From the NCBI GenBank assembly GCA_018830005.1, contig JAHJTE010000001.1, forward strand, positions 129,332-193,331: DNA of 64,000 bases. Direction: 5' to 3'. The stretch comes from Candidatus Omnitrophota bacterium (GTDB lineage Bacteria > Omnitrophota > Gorgyraeia > JAHJTE01). The notes beneath the pieces are model-generated. The model was not told the origin of the DNA and did not search any database. It saw only the letters and a program-made list of their open reading frames with translations. A program made the translations under genes and the position numbers. Shown piece by piece: positions 59,071-64,000 of this stretch (positions within the stretch are counted from its first letter, which is position 1; every line of letters begins with the position of its first letter).

Positions 59071-59679
59071 ATGTTCCGCTTGCGGCGTAGACTTCTAAGA
59101 GGATTTACTCTTATTGAGTTAGTTATAGCTATAGCACTTTTGGCTATTCTTGGGGCAGCAGCAGTAATTGCTTTCCAGAGTATTCATACTAAGGCACAAA
59201 TAGCTAATGCAAAAGCAACCCTTAAAAGTGTAAGAAGCGCTATCCTTATTCAAAGGGCTAATAATGAACTTAACAATATTACTAGTGATGGCTGTCATCA
59301 GCGACAGAATTCTTGGCCTACTTACGAAGAAGTTAGGAGAGCGTCTTACAATGCAGAAGTAGATAATTCTATTTTAAGTTCGCGCATGCCGCCAAATCTT
59401 TTGATGGGACCTCCTCCTGCTAATCTAGTAGCACCCAGAAGCCCTCCTTTTACTAACAGTTTTGTAGCTAACACTGATTGCGGTAGTAATCCGGGTCAGA
59501 TAATATACTCCCTCCCTGATACTTTAGGCGCTAATCCTTCCAATAATTTAGTTGTTGCTACGACTGATCCCAAAGGATCCCTTTGTGTTGCTGATCCTTG
59601 CAAAGCAGCTTGGGCCTATAATCCTTACACCGGTGACTTCTGGGCTAGTTCTAGTGCTTACGGTTCAAATAATTGGTGA
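59071..59679 (+). CDS. prepilin-type N-terminal cleavage/methylation domain protein (type IV pilin-like)
   Basis: Leader MFRLRRRLLRG followed by FTLIELVIAIALLAILGAAAV. Start placed at the internal ATG 59071 rather than the ORF-track start. Confidence 0.65.
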   Translation: MFRLRRRLLRGFTLIELVIAIALLAILGAAAVIAFQSIHTKAQIANAKATLKSVRSAILIQRANNELNNITSDGCHQRQNSWPTYEEVRRASYNAEVDNSILSSRMPPNLLMGPPPANLVAPRSPPFTNSFVANTDCGSNPGQIIYSLPDTLGANPSNNLVVATTDPKGSLCVADPCKAAWAYNPYTGDFWASSSAYGSNNW

Positions 59680-59773
59680 TTTTTTAACTTCCCGCCTCTA
59701 AAACCTTCCTTAATTAATTTATGCAATTTCTCTTTTGACGAATAGGCCTTAAATTGATATAATAAGTCAGTAT

Positions 59774-60145
59774 ATGCGCTATATAATAATATTAGTAAGT
59801 CTGGCATTGTTCTTAGCCGGTTGCAGTCAGAATCTTAACTTATTGTTGCGCCTGGATAAAGAAAACAAGGCAATAAATCGGCAACTTAAGTTGCAAGAGG
59901 GAAAATTTGAGTTGTTGCTTGCTGATATAGAGCGGGGCAGCATAAAGCAAGGACTCACGAAAAAATATATTATAGCCCGCTACGGCGAGCCTATCTTAGA
60001 AATACCTCTTGAGGGCCGAGTTGGACTTATGAAACTATTGTATCGGCGGCCTCTCGAGTATTTTAATACTACTAAGGTCTATTTATACTTTGATAGCAGC
60101 GAAAAGTTATTGAAGTGGGACGTCATAGTAAGAGATTCAGGATAA
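59774..60145 (+). CDS. hypothetical lipoprotein
   Basis: Lipobox LAGCSQ. Confidence 0.4.
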   Translation: MRYIIILVSLALFLAGCSQNLNLLLRLDKENKAINRQLKLQEGKFELLLADIERGSIKQGLTKKYIIARYGEPILEIPLEGRVGLMKLLYRRPLEYFNTTKVYLYFDSSEKLLKWDVIVRDSG

Positions 60146-60173
60146 GTCTCGTTTATAATCTAGGAGATAGTTT

Positions 60174-60476
60174 ATGTTTGTCTTATCTAATTTTGTATCA
60201 GCCTTAGCCCAGATAGTAGATGTCCTTCTGACCATTGCTTATTGGCTGATATTGATTCGAGCCCTTATCAGTTGGGTAAACCCGGATCCCTATAATCCGA
60301 TTGTGCAGATTCTCTATAAGACGACCGAGCCAATACTTTATCCGATTCGCAAAATATTACCTTTGGATTTTCGTTTCGGCATAGATATTTCGCCGATAAT
60401 AGCCTTTTTGGCTATATTCTTTTTAAAATCATTTTTAGTAAAGACCTTGTTGGATTTAAGTATTAACTTACGATAG
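60174..60476 (+). CDS. YggT-family membrane protein
   Basis: Two TM segments; the conserved ILSWV.PD.YNP...L...TEP motif matches as ISWVNPDPYNPIVQILYKTTEPIL. Confidence 0.75.
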   Translation: MFVLSNFVSALAQIVDVLLTIAYWLILIRALISWVNPDPYNPIVQILYKTTEPILYPIRKILPLDFRFGIDISPIIAFLAIFFLKSFLVKTLLDLSINLR

Positions 60477-60485
60477 GATGCGAAC

Positions 60486-61145
60486 ATGATTAGTATTATT
60501 GTGACTACTTTTATTATAGTAGCGCTTAGCGCTATTATGGAGATTGCTGCTACTGCCCTAAAACTTACTGGGATAAATCTCCATATTGCCCGTTTTCAGG
60601 CGCTTTCTGCCTTAACCGGTACAGGCTTTACTACTAGAGAGGCCGAGTCAATAATGGAACATAGACAACGGCGGATTATTATAATGATTCTGATGATTGT
60701 TGGGCCTATTGGTTTTCTTACTATATTGGGTTCAGTATTAGTTTCTATTAGAGAAGATATATTTCTTTACGAATTACTTAGTATCCTTGTTGTAATTTTT
60801 ATAATCTTAAGAATTTTTAAGAGCAAATTTATTGGTTCTATATTTCACAAAATTGTCGAACGACAGATAAAAAAGAGGCGCTTATTCAGAAAGGTCATAT
60901 TAGAAGAAGTGCTCACCCTTGATGAAAATCTTGGTGTATGTGAATTTATCGTTACTGAGAATTCTAAGGTAGTTGAAAAAAAGCTCTTGGACACTAATTT
61001 TAAAAACGAAGGTTTTATAGTTTTGGCCATTGAAAGGGGAGATGGCGTATTAAGTGCTCCTAAGGGTTCAGAGACGATTCAAAAAGGAGATAGATTAGTA
61101 GTTTTTGGCAACGTAAAAAACATGAAGCAGGAATTAATTGGTTAG
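60486..61145 (+). CDS. membrane protein with C-terminal TrkA-C (RCK_C) domain
   Basis: Two or three N-terminal TM helices; C-terminal RCK_C-like FIVTENSKVVEKKLLD...IVLAIERGDGVLSAPKGSETIQKGDRLVVFG. Confidence 0.6.
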   Translation: MISIIVTTFIIVALSAIMEIAATALKLTGINLHIARFQALSALTGTGFTTREAESIMEHRQRRIIIMILMIVGPIGFLTILGSVLVSIREDIFLYELLSILVVIFIILRIFKSKFIGSIFHKIVERQIKKRRLFRKVILEEVLTLDENLGVCEFIVTENSKVVEKKLLDTNFKNEGFIVLAIERGDGVLSAPKGSETIQKGDRLVVFGNVKNMKQELIG

Positions 61146-61208
61146 AATAGATTGACATTTATTAGAGAAAATAATACAATATGTTCGTATAAAATTTGGA
61201 GGTTAGGC

Positions 61209-61664
61209 GTGCAAAAGAATATCAGAGATAATCATCATTTAAAAGGATTTACCCTTGTTGAGATTATGATTGTTGTAGCTGTTATTGCCCTTCTGGCTGC
61301 CTTTGCTATTCCCAATTTCCTACGAGCAAGAGTAAGCGCAAATGAGACCGCAGCTCAAAGTTCTTTAAGGACAGTCCATACTGCTGTTGAAAGCTATAAA
61401 TCAGTAGGCACTTCTTATCCTTCTGACTTAAGTATTTTGTCTTCCTCTACTCCGCCATATATAGATTCTGTTTTGGGAGCAGGCTCAAAACAAGGTTATA
61501 GTTTTGTTTTAACAGGATTGGCTAATACCTTTACTGCAACAGCGCGGCCACAGACTTTTGGCAGAACTGGTGAAAGAAGCTTCTATGTTGACGAAAGCGC
61601 GGTTATTCGCTATACACATGAAAACCGCGACCCAACTTCTGCTGACTCGCCCATCATACCCTAG
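61209..61664 (+). CDS. prepilin-type N-terminal cleavage/methylation domain protein (type IV pilin/pseudopilin-like)
   Basis: GTG start after GGAGG RBS; leader MQKNIRDNHHLKG followed by FTLVEIMIVVAVIALLAAFAIPNFLRAR. Confidence 0.65.
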   Translation: MQKNIRDNHHLKGFTLVEIMIVVAVIALLAAFAIPNFLRARVSANETAAQSSLRTVHTAVESYKSVGTSYPSDLSILSSSTPPYIDSVLGAGSKQGYSFVLTGLANTFTATARPQTFGRTGERSFYVDESAVIRYTHENRDPTSADSPIIP

Positions 61665-61728
61665 AAACAGGCTTATCGCTATAATTCCTAGTCGAATAAA
61701 AATACTCTAGATAAAGCTTGGCCTATTA

Positions 61729-62094
61729 AAAAAAATCCCGCCCCACAACATTATAGCAGGGCGGGTAAATTATTATTTTATTATTCCTGGCGAAACCGAT
61801 TCTGCTGTTGGTCTTCACTTCGGCAACCCAGCCGCCATATTACTTTTTGTCCTGAAAGATTATCTGCACTTTTTTCGTCTCTTCCTACCAGAAGGACACT
61901 GGTAGGCTTCTCGTGCATCTTCTTATCTAAAAGTAACTTAGGTCTGTTGGCTTTGCCTCTAGGCATTCAACATGCCTCGAGATCCTGAGAGTTTTAACCC
62001 TCAGGACGTCCTTCGATTTCTCGAAGTTTGCCCCTCCTAATCCTAAGGAGGACCACTGCTACTGCTCTTTAAAGGCAGTGGCTTTATCGGCTCC
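61729..62094 (-). ncRNA. candidate ~365-nt structured RNA of unknown family (ORF-free, own promoter and terminator)
   Basis: Minus-strand TTGAAA-17-TATATT promoter at ~62124-62096. At least seven consecutive stable hairpins, including a GAAA tetraloop. Strong minus-strand terminator CCCGCCC-(loop)-GGGGCGGG + TTTTTTTT at 61768-61729. Confidence 0.3.
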
Positions 62095-62178
62095 GCCAAT
62101 TAAAATATAACATATTAGCGGGTCTGTTTCAAGGCAAGTATAGCAAAATTAAGCTTTGAGAAAGCGCTTTCTTTTTGA

Positions 62179-62208
62179 TTGACTCTTGTGTCTCTTTTGA
62201 GCTATAAT
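62179..62208 (+). promoter_or_regulatory. sigma70-like promoter (TTGACT-18-TATAAT) for purB
   Basis: TTGACT at 62179-62184, TATAAT at 62203-62208, 24 nt upstream of the purB ATG. Confidence 0.5.
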
Positions 62209-62232
62209 AGATATTCTTGGGGAGGCTAATAC

Positions 62233-63528
62233 ATGATTGAAAGATACACCTTAGAGAAGATGCGCAACATTTGGTCTAGAGAAAATAAATTCTCTAAGAT
62301 GTTGCAAGTAGAGATACTTACATGCGAAGCCCTAAGTCATTCTAAGGTAATACCGTTACAAGCCTTAAGGCGCATTAAACGCAAGGCAAAGTTTAACATA
62401 AAGAGAATTGACGCCTTAGAAAAAAAGACAAATCATGATGTAGTTGCCTTTCTTCTTAATCTGGGTGAGGGCCTAGGAGAAGATGCCAAATTCTTACATC
62501 GGGGCTTGACCTCATCCGATGTCTTGGATACTGCCCTTTCCATGCAATTAAGAGAGTCTTGTGATATTCTTTTAGATGACCTAGAAAAATTAAGAAAAAT
62601 TTTGGCCAAAAAGGCCAGGCAGTATAAACATACACCTTGTATTGGCAGGACGCATGGGATACATGCTGAACCACTTGCCTTTGGCTTAAAATTCGCACTC
62701 TGGTTTGATGAGATAAATAGGGCGCTGCTTAGAATGCGCAGGGTGCGAGAACTGGTTTCTCTCGTAAAGCTTTCCGGCGCTGTTGGTACATATGTACATT
62801 TGCCTGCTTCTGTTGAAAAATATGTAGCTTCAAGGCTTAAATTAAAGTCAGTCAATGCTGCTACTCAAGTCATTAGCCGCGATATCCACGCTGAATTTGT
62901 CTCCTCTCTAGCTTTGGTTGCCGCAAGTATCGAGAAATTTGCGACTGAAATCCGTCATCTGCAACGTACAGAGGTAAGAGAAGCAGAAGAGCCGTTTGGC
63001 CGAGGCCAGAAAGGTTCCTCTGCAATGCCTCATAAGAGAAATCCGATTATCTGCGAACGTCTCTGTGGTCTTTCGCGTATTATTCGCTCTTATGTTATCG
63101 CAGCCCTTGAGAATGTAAGCCTCTGGCACGAGAGGGATATCAGCCATTCTTCTGTAGAGCGAGTCATATTGGCAGATTCTTGTCAGGTTTTGGATTATAT
63201 GTTGGTAAAATTCACTAATGTGGTATCTGGTCTTTTAGTATATCCTCAAGCCATGTTAGCTAATCTAGCCAAGACAAGAGGTCTTATTTTTTCACAAGGC
63301 ATTCTGGTCAGACTTATGCAAAAGGGTCTTGCTAGAGAGAAGGCCTATGACATTGTGCAAGATGCCTCAATGCATGTATGGAAGAATATAGGCGCAACAT
63401 TTATGGATGTGTTATTAGTTAATAGCAAGGCACGTCGATACCTCTCAGAGAAAGAGATCAAGGATTGCTTTAGCCTTAATTATTATTTACGTAATGTAGA
63501 TAACATCTTTAAAAAAGTGGGGTTATGA
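62233..63528 (+). CDS. purB: adenylosuccinate lyase
   Basis: Fumarate-lyase family signature GSSAMPHKRNP; full-length PurB pattern including C-terminal ADSL domain. Confidence 0.9.
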   Translation: MIERYTLEKMRNIWSRENKFSKMLQVEILTCEALSHSKVIPLQALRRIKRKAKFNIKRIDALEKKTNHDVVAFLLNLGEGLGEDAKFLHRGLTSSDVLDTALSMQLRESCDILLDDLEKLRKILAKKARQYKHTPCIGRTHGIHAEPLAFGLKFALWFDEINRALLRMRRVRELVSLVKLSGAVGTYVHLPASVEKYVASRLKLKSVNAATQVISRDIHAEFVSSLALVAASIEKFATEIRHLQRTEVREAEEPFGRGQKGSSAMPHKRNPIICERLCGLSRIIRSYVIAALENVSLWHERDISHSSVERVILADSCQVLDYMLVKFTNVVSGLLVYPQAMLANLAKTRGLIFSQGILVRLMQKGLAREKAYDIVQDASMHVWKNIGATFMDVLLVNSKARRYLSEKEIKDCFSLNYYLRNVDNIFKKVGL

Positions 63529-63534
63529 TAAAAA

Positions 63535-64000
63535 TGCAAAAAGGCAACAAGATATACGAGGGGAAAGCAAAGATTCTCTATGAGACAGATAATCAGGATC
63601 TCTTGATTCAGTATTTTAAGGATGATGCCACAGCCTTTGATGCTACCAAACGCGGTCAGATTAATAATAAGGGTATTTGCAATAACAAAATATCCATAAA
63701 GATCTTCGAATATCTAGAAAAAGAAGGTGTGCCTACGCATTTTGAAAAGGTGCTTAATGACAGAGAGATGCTTGTTAAGCGCGTTGAGATTATTCCGGTT
63801 GAGGTAACAATACGTAACATTGTTGCCGGTGGCATGAGTAAATTGCTGGGATTGGAAGAAGGCATAGTTTTAAAGGAGCCGGTTTTGGAGTATCATTATA
63901 AAGACGATTCCTTGCATGATCCATTGATTAATAAATATCACATTTTTGCCCTGGGTTTAGCCAGCGAGGTGGAGCTTAAAACTATTGATGATTTTTCGTT
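63535..64000 (+). CDS. purC: phosphoribosylaminoimidazole-succinocarboxamide synthase (N-terminal part; continues past window end)
   Basis: KIYEGKAKILYETD...LIQYFKDDATAFD...VPTHF...EVTIRNIVAGG matches the PurC N-terminal half. No stop within the window. Confidence 0.85.

Noticed and set aside
61781-61966. 61-aa minus-strand ORF (MPRGKANRPK...) in the ORF-poor region
   Set aside because: No RBS, no homology pattern, and it lies within the hairpin-dense segment. It is more parsimoniously explained as non-coding.
61729-62130. RNase P RNA or tmRNA as the identity of the structured minus-strand RNA
   Set aside because: The P4 consensus GGAAAGUCCGGGCUCC / ACAGAACCCGGCUUA is absent. There is no tRNA-like 3' end (GGUUCGAAUCC...CCA) and no ANDENYALAA-type tag reading frame. 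It is kept as an unclassified candidate.

Overview
AT-rich bacterial chromosomal segment. Almost every gene is on the + strand and tightly packed; only thi4 is on the - strand. The phylogenetic origin cannot be established from sequence alone. Gene content resembles an uncultivated, anaerobic, pilus- and secretion-rich lineage (Rnf complex, sulfide-type Thi4, dockerin protein), but this is inference. In order the window contains: a partial permease and a small housekeeping set (M23 peptidase, UppP, YqeY, YggU); a large B12-binding radical SAM enzyme with a Cys-rich C-terminal extension; an iron/Fe-S module (feoB, DtxR-family regulator, ThiI-like PP-loop ATPase, Rrf2/IscR-like regulator, NifU-like, cysteine desulfurase); a TPP riboswitch with terminator controlling a minus-strand thi4; a biotin operon birA-bioB-bioF-bioC with a fused bioD-bioA; mnmA and nadA; a 1835-aa secreted multidomain giant protein ending in a [10 protein letters not shown] box; a complete type II secretion system (gspC-like PDZ protein, gspE-F-G-H-I-J-K-L-M, merR, exeA, gspB-like, secretin gspD carrying a TonB-C-like tail) with a dockerin-bearing glycoside hydrolase embedded in it; an ABC transporter; an NSS transporter with a small TM peptide; a thermonuclease; tRNA-Phe and tRNA-Thr; an MFS transporter; an rnfCDGEA-serpin-rnfB operon; purN, eno, ftsB-like; initiator tRNA-fMet; two orphan prepilin genes; yggT; purB and the start of purC. 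No CRISPR array, transposase or integrase was found. The items most worth follow-up are the giant CFI-box protein and its T2SS/dockerin neighbourhood, the secretin-TonB-C fusion, the serpin inside the rnf operon, the B12-rSAM with a SPASM-like tail, and two ORF-free, hairpin-dense regions that look like unannotated ncRNAs.
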